Shown: positions 50,196 to 62,580 of the stretch, piece after piece
Layout of the letters: every line of letters begins with the position of its first letter
Position numbering within the stretch: the stretch's first letter is position 1
From: Stegostoma tigrinum
Lineage: Eukaryota
DNA length: 64,000 bases
Direction of reading: 5' to 3'
NCBI RefSeq assembly: GCF_030684315.1
Contig: NC_081369.1
Span: 2,408,689-2,472,688 of the forward strand
Program-made: the position numbers and the translations under genes
The notes under the pieces: generated by a model
Seen by the model: only the letters and a program-made list of their open reading frames with translations
Told to the model about the DNA's origin: nothing
Database searches by the model: none

Positions 50196-50972
50196 GTAAA
50201 GTCAAGAGGTTTAGAGCAATATGGAGAATTTATTTTTCACCGAGCGGGTATTGGGCATCAAAAATGCACTGCCTGGGAGGGTAGTGTAGGAGGGAAAACT
50301 ATAGGGAATTTATGTGGACAAGCAATTAAAACGTGACAACTTTCACGGCTATGGAAAAGTGTTGGAAAATGAGATTAGAGTAAATAGGTGGGCTGCACCC
50401 AATGGACCAAAGTGATGTTTCTGTGCTGTATAACATGAAGATATTCTTCTCACAAATGGTAAGGACTACAGACGCTGGAAGCTAGAATCAGTAAATGTCA
50501 AGCGGGTAAAGCACAACAGGTCAGGCAACACACAAGCGGCAAGAAATTCAACGTCCTGAAGAAGAGATTAGGCCCGAAATGTTGACTTTCCTTCTCCTTG
50601 GATTCTGTCTGACCTGCTGTGCTTTTCCAGCACCACATTTATTGACTGATATTCTTCTCTATTTCTTTGTCACTCTTTACCGTATCCAGTTGTTCAATCT
50701 GACATTGAGCTTATCTTTGGAAATGAATTTGAATTTTATGTGTCTAATCTAAGTAATCGGACCTCTCAATGATGACTTTCGACTCTTGGCTGTTCTTTAC
50801 ATGATAAGATTTCAGAATAAGCTGAATAAAGAAAACCTTTAACCATGCAATAATATCAAATTTCGGGATTGACACAATCAGAGGGAATTGACTGTAGTAA
50901 TCACTTTCTACTTCATCGACAATTTTATACGATGCCTGAAAGATTAACCAGCAATGTGTCATAGAATCTTAC

Positions 50973-51067
50973 CTTCTTCTGAAACTGTGCAGCTGGCATT
51001 GCTGGAAATATGTTTGAAACGTGACATACTTGACACATGTAGATTGTGTCACTTCCAGGTATATTTG
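50973..51067 (-). pseudogene. Truncated paralogous C1 exon (3' third only) with 1-nt deletion
   Basis: TNIPGSDTIYMCQVCHVSNIFP then a frameshift, with the same GAAG|gtaaga donor and a homologous downstream intron as 11827-11930. Homology stops at a CR1 boundary (51068). No V or leader paralog seen. Confidence 0.85.
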
Positions 51068-53465
51068 TAAGGAAAATCCAAGAGAGTTTAGCAAGCAGTA
51101 TGCAAATAGTCCAACTCAGGAAGGTGCCGCACTGAACCTGGTGTTGGGGAATGCGCCCAGCCAGGTGGTTGAAGTTTCAGCAGGGGATTACTTTGGGAAT
51201 AATGAACACAATCCCGTAGGTTTTAGAATACTGATGGACAAAGACAAGAGTGGTTCTAAAGGAAGAGTGCTAAACTGGGGGAAGGACAACAATAGCAAAA
51301 TTCTGCAGGAGCTGGGGAATGTGGATTGGGAGCAGCTGTTTGAGGTTAAATCCACATTTGATATGTGGGAGGCTTTTAAAGAGAGGTTGATTAGGATGTA
51401 GGACAAACATGTCCCTGTGAAAATGAGGAATAGAAAGGGAAAGATTCAGGAACCATGGATGACAGGTGAAATTGTGAGATGAGCAAAGAGGAAAAAGGAA
51501 GTATACATAAGGTCTCGGCGACTGAAAACAGATGAAGCTTTGGAAGAATATCAGAAAAGTCGGACCAATCTGAAATGGGAATTAAAGAGGGCTAAAAGGG
51601 GTCATGAAATAGCTTTAGCAAACGGGTTGAAGGAAAATCCCAAAGCCTTTTATTCATACATAAGATACAAGAGGGTAACTAGAGAAAGGGTTGGCCCACT
51701 CAAACACAAAGGAAGGAAGTTATGCCAGGAGTCAGAGAAAATGAGTGAGATTCTTAATGAGTACTTTGCGTCAGTATTCACCGAGGAGAGGGACATGATG
51801 GATGTCAAAGTTCAGGATAGATGTTTGATTACTCTCGGTCAAGTTGGCATAAGCAGGGGAGAAGTGCTGGGTATTCTAAAAGGCATTAGGGTGGACGAGT
51901 ACCCAGGTCTGGATGGGATCTATCGCAGGTTATTGAGGGAAGCAAGAGTGGAAATAGCTTAAAAGATATCTTTGCAGCATCCTTGAGCAATGGTGAGGTC
52001 CTGGCGGACTGGAGAGTTGCTAATGTTGTCCCCTTGTTTAAGAAGAGTAGCAGGGAATATAGACAGGTAATTATAGATTGGTGAGCCTGACATCAGAGAT
52101 GGGGAAGCTTCTGAAGAAGACACTGTGGGATAGGATCTATTTACATTTGGAAGAAAATGGGCTTGTTAGTGATAGGCAGCATGGTTTTGTGCAGGGGAGG
52201 TTCCGTTTTACCAACTTGATAGAATTCTTTGAGGAAGTCACAAAGTTGCTGGATGAAGGAAGGGCCGTGGATGTCACATACATGGATTTCAGTAAGGTGT
52301 TTGATAAGGTTTCCCATGGTAGGCTGCTGGAGAAAGTGAAGTCGCATGGGGTCTATGCTGTCTAAGCTAGGTGAAATGGCAACTGGCTGGGCAATAGGAG
52401 ACACAGAGTTGTAGTGGAAGGGAGTATCTCAAAATGGAGAACTGTGATCAGTGGTGTTCCACAGGGATCCGTGTTGGGACCACTGTTGTTTGTGATATAC
52501 AGAAGTGATCTGGAGGAAGGTATAGATGGTATGATTAGCAAGTTTGCAGATGCCACTAAGATTGTTGGAGTAGTAGATAGTGAAGGGGACTGTTGGAGAA
52601 TGCCACAGAATATAGATGGATTGGAGAATTGGGAGGGAAATAGCAGATGGAGTTCAATCCAAACAAATGTGAGGTGGTGCATTTTTGAATGTTCAATTCA
52701 AGAGTGAATTATGCAGTAAATGGAAAAGTCCTGGGGAAAATTGATGCACAGAGAGATCTGGGTGTTCAGGTCTGTTGTACCCTGAAAAAGGTCGATTGTA
52801 CCCCTGGAAAAAAAAGGTCGATATGGTGGTCTAGAAGGCATATGGCATGCTTTCATTCATCAGACAGGGCATTGAGTACAAGAGTTGGCAGGTCATGTTA
52901 CAGTTGTATAGGACACTGGGTCAACAACATTTGGGATACTGTGTACAGTTCTGGTCGCCACATTACCAAAAGTATGTGGATGCATTGGAGAGGGTGCAAC
53001 AGAGGTTCACCAGAATGTTGCCTGGTATAGAGGGCACTAACTCTGAAGAGAGTTTGAGTAAATTATGATTATTTACAATAGAAAGCCATAGGTTGAGGGG
53101 AGATCTGATTGAGGTCTACAAAATCATGAGAGGTATAGACAGGGTGGATAGCGAGAAGCTTTTTTCCCAGAGTGGGGGACTCAATTACTAGGTGTCACAA
53201 TTTCGAGGTGAGAGGGGAAAAGTTTAAGGGAGATATGCGTGAAAAGTTCTTCACGCAGAGGGTGGTGGGTGCCTGGAACGCGTTTCCAGAGGAGGTGGTC
53301 AAGGCAGGCACGATAGCGTCATTTAAGATGCATCTGGACAGGTACATGAATGGGCAGGGAGCAGAGGGATACAGATCCTTGGAAAATAGTCGACAGGTTT
53401 CGATGGAGGACCTTGGAGGGCCGCAAGATCTGTTCCAGTGCTGTAATTTTCTTTGTTCTTTGTTT
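51068..53465 (+). mobile_element. Degenerate CR1 LINE truncating the paralogous C1 exon
   Basis: Frameshifted ORF2 pieces (YMDFSKVFDKV, GVPQGSVLGPLLF, KFADATK); 3' tail ttctttgttctttgttt. Confidence 0.92.
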
Positions 53466-54881
53466 ATCGAAGTAACAGAAAGAAGTGGGCCAGAGTAGCT
53501 GCCGAAGCGGAACTGTTCCACGTATCCTACAAAGAGGGATTTCTGCGCTCTGTGTTGGTTGGGGAACAAAGAAACTTTCCTCGTATCATTCAAATGAATT
53601 TCCCGGCATATTTTTCACTGCTGCACACGTATGCAGTAAGGACCAGGGCACTATTTCAGCGATATTTCAAAGTATCTGCAACTTTTGCCGAAGGCTGTAT
53701 CCTTCACCCGTTATTTTTACGCTCAAAACCCGAGAATCAAATATATTCTGAATGGAACTGTCCCTTTCATATGCTCCATGATCTGACTATGCCGTGCTGT
53801 AATGTATGAAAAAAAATTTGGACCCAAAAGCATTGGACTTAATGGGCCTTGCGACAGACATTCCTCCCGTCAAAAAAGGCTTCCACCGTTATCTGAGTGT
53901 TCTTTCCCAAAACAGTGACTGCTTGAAATTCTGTTCTACCTTCTGACGATTAACTTCTTGCAACTCGATTTGTTTTTATTTAAATCCACTTTAACGTCAT
54001 CAACAGTGAAATGCCAGTTTGCATTGTGTTAGATTTCATTACATATTAAATGTCGTTAATTCGGTTCTGCAACTATCAGTTCTCCTTGGACTTAACCTGC
54101 ATTGATTTCCCTCTGGAGCTTTATCCCAGTTCTTTCCGAGCTTCTGAGATCCAAGTCAGCATTCATCTTGTTGTTCTCTGTCAGCCTGTGTTTCGTATGT
54201 AAATACCAACATCTGGGGTTGAAATGCAACTTGTGTGATGGTAATTTACAACAATGGACGTGGTCACGTGGCTGTGAAAGGTGACATTTCCTGCTTATGT
54301 CATTATTCATTGTTCAAGCGGTCGATTTGCCAAAGTCTTGGCTGTTCTTGCATGAAAGGAAAGAAATTAAATATCGCAGTACCTGTGTTAATACTTAGCA
54401 AGAATTCACCTTTTATTTTGTAAATAGAGCTCGTTTAGTTATTGTTTTCTTAACTGCATTTGCAGAAACTTGTTGGGATGACAAGTTTGACGTCATTCTT
54501 AAGATACAATGTTAATTTCCTGTGTATCACCTTCCCACTCGTCACATATTGCCTTAAACTTCACGCTTCTGCATTAGTGTCTCATTCTGCAACATCCTTT
54601 CTAATTGATTCATTTGAGATTTTTTCATTTGAGCTGTGTTATTGAAGATTCATTTTTAGTTTCAATTCAAGTATCTCATTCTATATTATTTGAGGACTAG
54701 AACGTCGTTTTTTTTGCCTCTTCTATGACCATATCTAATATTTTCCTTTCACCTCCGAGATCAAAGGCTTTTTTTCAACGCTAGTCAGCCATCTCCTAAT
54801 TACTTCCGTGTTTATCAATATATTTTACTTAAATTCCAATCACCTAACCATGCCATTCTGTCCAACAAATCACATCTATGA

Positions 54882-55544
54882 CTGGGGAAACCAAGCGGAG
54901 GTTTGGGGACCGCTTTGCAGAACACCTCCGCTCGGTTCGCAACAAACAACTGCACCTTCCAGTCGCGAACCATTTCAACTCCCCCTTCCATTCCTCAGAC
55001 GACATGTCCATCATGGGCCTCCTGCAGTGCCACAATGATGCCACCCGAAGGTTGCAGGAACAGCAACTGATATTCCGCTTCGGAACCCTGCAGCCCAATG
55101 GTATCAATGTGGACTTCACAAGCTTCAAAATCTCCCCCCACCCTGCATCCCAAAACCAGCCCAGCTCGTCCCCACCTCCCTAATCTGTTCTTCCTCTCAC
55201 CTATCCCCTCCTCCCACCTCAAGCCGCACCTCAATTTCCCACCTACCAACCTCATCCCGCCTCCTTGACCTGTCCGTCCTCCCTGGACTGACCTATCCCC
55301 TCCTCACCTCCCCACCTATACTCTCCTCTCCACCTATCTTCTCCTCTATCCATCTTCAGTCCGCCTCCCCCTCTGTCCCTATTTATTTCAGAACCCTTTC
55401 CCCGTCCCCCTCTCTGATGAAGAGTCTAGCCCTGAAACGTCAGCTTTTGTGCTCCTGAGATGCTGCTTGGCCTGCTGTGTTCATCCAGCTTCACACTTCA
55501 TTATCTTGGATTCTCCAGCATCTGCAGTTCACATTATCTCTCTC
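54882..55544 (+). mobile_element. Penelope 3' fragment (GIY-YIG C-half plus terminus)
   Basis: GETKRRFGDRFAEHL; TSD tcacatctatga at 54870-54881 and 55545-55556. Confidence 0.92.
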
Positions 55545-58500
55545 TCACATCTATGATTGTATTCTGAAACAAACCTTTTCGATACATTTTTCCCCTGTCT
55601 CATCAAATCCCAAGGCCCTTTATTCTGAAATGATTGTCGTGTCCCTCTCGAACTCGTAACTATGTTTAACTTCTGGAACATCTTTACTTATTTGCAACCT
55701 TACTCCTGCATTGTATGAAATTATTATACTGTCTCTTGATATTTGATTGTATCATACTCGTTTTAATTATGCAGACATGCAGGGAATTGACACATTGCGC
55801 CGATTCCACTCTGAGTTTTCTGCATGTTCCTAAATGAGAAGCAAATCAGATAGTAGACACCTTAATTCCGTTGCAACTACTACGTACTGAAATGATACAA
55901 CCAGTATCACAGTGACATTGTCTCTGAATGGCCGAAGACGAATCAAGCAGTCGACATAAATTCTTCATTCATTCTGGTCAATTATACGCATCTGCGTCAA
56001 GAATAAATCCCATGATATAGATTGTTTACATTTTCAACACAACTATCAGGTTAATATGTGAAACTATCTGTTGCGTTCAGTGTAAACCATCACTCATATT
56101 GACATAGGTGAACGTTTGGACATTCCGCTTTGAGCAGTTGCAGAGGGGAGGATGGGGGTGAGCGGAATACTGAATTCTTTGTTCAGGCAGCAATCTGATC
56201 CTGCTGAAAAACAGACAAATAACTTCACTGCTCGTCATAACGATACTACCATTCTTGGTGGGCTCAGGTTCTCTTCCTGTCCTGTGCTGCTCTATGTTCT
56301 ATCACCCAGAGGAGGGCGGATTTGGACCATGTGCAGGCAGATAGCATACGTTTTTATCGGTATGTTCGGCATCCACTTGGCGGGCTGAAGGGTCTGTTCC
56401 GCTACTGTGCTTGTCTACGTTTGATGTTTTCATGTGAGCGAGTCCGCCAGACAGACAGGGTGTCATTAATTTGGAGCTACCATGTGGGACAGGTTACTTA
56501 ACCAGCGTTATCTCCAGTTTTGACATTTTTTTCCCCCTGAAGGTCGTTGCATTTGAAGTGATCCTCAATACTGGATGGTATAAATAGAATCTGATTCTTA
56601 CCAATTCGCCTGAGTTTGTATACCACTGAGATGTTAATGTGATAACATCCCATTGATTTCTATGCTTCTATAAATTAAAGTAATTTATCTGCATTTGATT
56701 CCTATGCAGAGACTTTAATTTAGAGATGTAAACTCTTATCTACCTACACATAGGTATGCAGGCACTGCCCTGAAGCTTCCAGCCCAGCTGGGAATTCAGT
56801 GTAAAGTTTTTGTAATTCCTTTTCTCTTCACACATCGGTATGCAGACACTGTCTTAAGCTTCCTAACTGAATTAAAATTAGAATCAAAATGCTCCTGAGA
56901 TGCTGCTTGGCGTGCTGTGTTCATCCAGCCTCACATTTTATTATCTTGGAATTCTCCAGCATCTGCAGTTCCCATTATCTCTGTTTCAAATAGAGTTAGG
57001 TGGAGAAAATTTGTAAAGGTGTGAAACTTCTGAAGCATGTAACTTCTGTCGCTGACAAAGGGGCCAGAGCACTGACTTTGTTCTAGCCAGACACACTGAC
57101 AACTTGAAATCAGAATCTGCCCCGGACAACAACTCGAAATCGCCTCCTGCCAATAGCAGCTGCTTCACTAGCAATCGATATTATATCCTGGTCTTTTATG
57201 TTCTTGCTGCAATACTTGTTTGGTATCCTGTCTTTGTCTGATGTAGTAATTGTTTCATGAATCATGTCTTTTGTAAATTGTGAAATTGTTTTCTGTATCA
57301 TGTCTTCTGTAAAGTATAAAAATCGGGGACTGTCCGCTGCTCGGGAAGAATTACTTGCGAGACTCTGCACTCTGTGCCGGGTTGAGTACAGTGATTCTCC
57401 ACAGCTTGTACTTGCTTGGTAATAAAGGATTTGTGTTTTTCTAAACAGGTCAGTGTCTTGTTATTGCAACAAGTCCGTGAGGGTCTCCGAAAACGAAATT
57501 GACACCACAATGAGGGGTAATGTCAATCCACCCCCCAAACAACGGCAAATCGTTTGATAAGTTATGTCATTGTAACCCCTATGATTATCTGTGAGGATGA
57601 ATATAATTTCGACATGTTTACAGCATTACAGAAAAATAATAAATCCCAACTTATTTCAGCTGCTACATTTTTTTAAGATTTAATTCGGGGAGAATAATTT
57701 GAATGAGCTTTATGTATGCGAGATACTGAATTATTTCATCTGATGATTCTAGTTTGCATCCAAAGTCAACACAAGAAAACAACTTGTGACAGATACATTG
57801 TAAACAGAGTGTGTTGGCATGATCATTCACACTTGAGTTCGCAGTCTCACTTTTGCTTGTGACAACCAATCCGTTTGAGGAAAGCTTTGCCTCGAGCAAA
57901 GAATCTGAAATCTGAAATTAATGGAAAGACAAACAACTGTGCGAAATAATCAGCCAAACTTGGTCACCTGCCAAAGAAGAAACGTTTGATGTCGGAAAAC
58001 CCATAATAATAGGCCAGATTTTTTTAAAATTTCTTTCATTTCAGCGTATTTTATGTTCAACTGCTTGCATGAAATATCGAAAAGCTCCAAACTGAACAGG
58101 CATGAAGCAGTGGGAGCAATCAGCATCAACAACACATACACCACAACAATGTGTAAATTCGTGAGTAGGTACTCCATTCAGTAAACAGTCAAACCTCCGT
58201 GTCAACTCTGGTCCAACAGAGGTTACAGGAAAGCAGTTCAATCATGCCTAAAGGTAATGCACCAAACAGATGAAACTGCAGCAACATGTCAATTCTACAA
58301 TGAACAAATGAGACAATATTCTGCAGTCATTGCACAACGAGGGGGGAAGTACTGGAGAAGAAAATAACCACCTGGCGAAGAGTCATCAATAATAGCGCCA
58401 TTGGCCAAAAACCCCATGCACTGAGGGTGCGCATAGTATCGCGGAGTTGCACTTTGCTCCAGCGTCATGATAAACTTGGTCCAAAGCTGGTTGTTCGAGC

Positions 58501-59387
58501 TGAATTGCAGGTGCGAGGGCAAGGCGTCTATCCTTCGAATTAAGGGTGTATTTCACCGAATGTGGACTTGAGAAAATCTCCCAAAATTAACGTGACTGTT
58601 TGAAAGAGAATACGCCCTCCACTGCTTACTTGTATGTCTAAGGAGTATGGTTTTATTTTGTCGGAGGTGAATCTATTCAACTGTAGGGCGTAACTCCCGT
58701 TTGCCTTCAACTCACTTTTCGAAATAATTATCTTCAATTGTTGCATCGATCACTTAGATGCAAATTGACAAAATGCACTACCACTACCAGTGACTCCTCA
58801 GATATTGAATCCTTCAAAGGCTGAATGGAGAAATATTTGGAACGCATTCAGGTTTGTGGTCATATGTGACATCTATCATTCATCTCGCTGAAATGCTGGG
58901 CAATGCGCTCGCCAATTTAAAAAAAACTCCTGCCCCCGAAACCCTTTTAGTTTCAACAGCTTTGGCTAAGGGGAACAACCTTAATATCCCGGGCTATTAT
59001 TGACTACGAATTGAATATGAACCATTGTGTCCCATAAGTGCTGTCACAACGGAACCGGATAATACTTTGGGGATACCACTGCATGAAACTCAATCCCAGA
59101 TTCCCAGATCCTGTCCTATAACTGTAATGAACAGATAACAAATGAGTGGAACACTCTGCACTTGTCAGATTGACAATACGTGCCTGTAATTCATCCAGAA
59201 CCTTTGGGCAGCTCCCCGTTAATCACTTCAAACATTAATGCCCATTAGATTCAGCAACGAAGTGTTTAGCGGAATTAGGCTAGTAAAATCCTTAAAACGT
59301 GCCCTGCGAGTCAATAATACCACGGCTGATCGCCTTTTGGTCACAACCCAGTTTTCCGATCTGTGCTCCTGAGCCCTGGCTGCAGTG

Positions 59388-60167
59388 TCTATCAGAAAAC
59401 TATCGAACTGCACCTGAGATCTATTAAATGAGAAAACATCAACGGTATTCTAGGAATTTAATTCCACACATTAACTACAAGAGAAAAATTCTCCTCATGT
59501 CCGTCTTAAACATAAAACCTCCAGTTCTCAAACGATGTACCGCAGGTTTTGTCTCTGCTGAATGTGAAAACATTCTTCAGAAAGCGGTCAAGTCTAATCA
59601 GGACTTTGCATGTTTCAATCTGAACAGTTCTAAAACTTCCAAACTCGAATGGGTAAATCCCTAACCTTTCCACGCGCAATAACCGCTTTAATCGGGAATT
59701 AGTTGATTGCACGTTATCTGAACTGATTGTATCCTTTTTTACCCCCACACTGAGACGACAGTTCGAGACACAGTCTCACAAAGGCGCTGTCGAAGAAAAC
59801 ATCACTCGCGCTGCCGACCATTCCACCCATCCCACCCCCGCACATGACGATACACAGCACCACTATTTTCTCCATTCACCTTTCAATTAATGCCGAAACT
59901 CCCTTCACTTTCCTATTGACTTCCATGGAAGGTATGTTCGACGGCAGTCAGCACAGTCTACATAAGGCACTACGGCTACTCGCTTTATCTGGTTCAACAG
60001 CGCCTTTCAATACACACTTTTTACACCGAGAAGGATAAGGGAAGCATTTACACTGGGAAGACTATTACGTACAAGAGTGCCTCCAACTCAAATATAATTT
60101 CCTATAGTATCCTTGATATCGTCTCATTTAATAGGCCTCAGGTGCAGTTTGATAGATTTCTGATAGA
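59388..60167. mobile_element. Putative non-autonomous TIR element (73-bp inverted arms)
   Basis: 59388-59460 is the reverse complement of 60095-60167 with 12 mismatches by manual count; no TSD resolved. Confidence 0.5.
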
Positions 60168-61574
60168 AATCGCGGTTTAATCATCATTACGGCGTTTTTC
60201 CGAACCGAACTCCGGGTATGGGGTAAACATGCTACAATGACAAAACTTGAGTCAACCGTCTCATTGGCAAAAGAAATTAAATAAGGATAAATTCGGGTCT
60301 TATAGCAGCATGGCCATTCCAGGAAAGAATGAATGGAAGCTGAAAAGGAAAATATTGAACTGGAAATATGTTTTCTAAATGGGGAGTTTACCCTGATAGT
60401 GCTGACGGTTCACAAAACAGAACGCTGGATGTCACGACGCTCTACATCTGAAACATGAATAAGTCCTTCTTTCGATCGAAGTGATATCTGCACAAGCAGT
60501 TTTCATATGAAACGTGGGCATGTCTGAGTAATCGCATCACTTTGTATGAATTGTCACAGGCATTATTTTAGTGCCCGTCACTAATTTGTTTAAAATGTGT
60601 TGCTCCAATTGCCACATCTAAGGGCAAGCTTAGGATAATGCCTTTTGGATATGAAGAAAACGCACCCCGCCCCTTTTAACTTGTCTGTCTCCTCTCCACC
60701 TTTCTTCTCCTTGATCCATCTTCGATCCGCCTCCCCCCCCCCCAATTTATTTCAGAACCCTCTCCCCAAACCCCTTTTCTGACGAAGGTTCTAGGCCCGA
60801 AACGTCAGCTTTTGTGCTCCTAAGATGCTGCTTGACCTGCTGTATTCATCCAGCTCCACACTTTGTTATCTCGGATTCTCCAGCATCGGCAGTTCCCATT
60901 ATCACTCTTTGCTATCAAAGTTACAGCTCCCCCCACCCTAGCCCCCACCAGCACCACACACAGCATGTTTTTTGCTAGAATTAAAATTTGTTTACACTAA
61001 CAGAGTTCTGGACACTTTGCGGGCCATCGTTTGATTACAGAATTGCCCAAGGGAGGACAAGTTTCATTGCACAGAGAAAGTTATGCAACTTTCAAACGAA
61101 TAAACCAGCTCTGCACCCGTATCAGTGAGGACGAGAAACTTCCCGAATACAATTTTAGAAGATGATTTTTCAATCTGCCCTGAAACTTAAAACCTTCATT
61201 GATTTTCAAAACAGACGAAGAATGATTGAGGATTTAACAGTAACTAACATTAATTGCAGCTGCTTTTCTCCAGAGATAGCCAATGAGACCGTACCGGAAT
61301 GAGATGGACCGCAATAAAGCCCCAAATGACTGACTAGTATCAGACTAATCTGCGAGTTCGTCGATACGGCAAATAATATGAGTGGATGTAATAATGTCTC
61401 ACACGCGTCAGTGAAAGTTTTGACTGTAAGAGAGTGGTACAGGTCTGCCACACAGGTAAAAGCCGCTGAGCCGCCCATCGCATCCGCGTTGATCGTAAAT
61501 AACCACCTCAATACTCTAACCCCCTTTTTCCAGCACTTGACATCAAAAATAAACAAAAAAATCTAAATACTTCA

Positions 61575-62580
61575 TAAATGTCATGAGGTTTTCTGGCTCC
61601 ATCACCCGAACAGGCAGTGAATTCCAGATTCCCGCCATCCTCTGGGAGAAATAAGGGTTTCCCCTCACATCTCTAAAACTTCTGTCCGTTACTTCAAGTC
61701 TCTGCCCCTCTGGTCAAAGATCCCTCGATCAAGGGGGAAAATGCCTTCTGTCTACCCAATCTATGATCCTCATAATTCAATCATGTCCCCCCAACCTCCT
61801 CTGCTCTAAGGAAAGCATACCGAGTCTGTCCAGTCTCCCTTCGTAAGCGAAACTCTCCAGTCGAGGCAACACCATGGTAAATCTCTGCTGCACCCTCTCC
61901 ACCGCTATCACCTCGCTCCTATGATCTAGACTGCAGAACTATCAACATTACTCCAGCTATGGCCTCAGCAACGACACATATTGTTGCAGTATAGCCTCCC
62001 TTCTCTTAAACTTCATGCCTCGACTAATAACGGCAGGGATCCGAAATGTTTACCTAACCACGTTTGCCCCCTGTCCTGATACCTGAAGGAACCAATGAAC
62101 GTGCAAAACAAGGCCCCCATCCCGGATTTCTATCGTTCGCCGTATATTCGTTTGCTTTCTTTTTTTCCCTGTTCAAGTGCATCGCCTCATGGATTTTTTA
62201 CAGATGGAGTTCCATTTCGCATTGATCAGCCCATCTTGGCAGCCCCTCTATATTCACTTATCGTTGTTTTTTCATTCTTAACCTATCAAATCGGCACAGA
62301 ATTTTGGTAACACTGAAAGCTTATCATTGTATCTGTTGTATTTCACGTAAAATAGAAGTGATAATAAATCATTCATTCATTCATTCTTGCAACCTGTGGT
62401 GAACTCCTCACTATTTACCAACGCACCCATTTTCATTCCATCTGTGAAGTTATCAACCCTCCTACCTTCAAGTCTAATTCATTTCCATAAAGCACAACCA
62501 GCAAAGGCCCCAATTCTGACCACTGTGGGACCCCATTGAACATACACATCCGGTCGGAAAACTACCCCTCAAACATTACA
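61575..62580 (-). mobile_element. Old CR1 fragments
   Basis: Decayed reverse-complement CR1 ORF2 3' motifs (ctcataattcaatc...ctctaaggaaa...gcaacaccatggtaaatctct). Confidence 0.6.

Larger units (their letters stand above)
39650..51067 (+). repeat. Segmental duplicate of ~5480-11930
   Basis: Homology continues past the provirus through a CR1 fragment, a palindromic mini-element, unique intron sequence and the C1 exon end. Confidence 0.88.

Noticed and set aside
59300-59345. Minus-strand resemblance to a DSAVYYC V-domain motif
   Set aside because: It needs two indels, and no upstream Cys/Trp framework is present.
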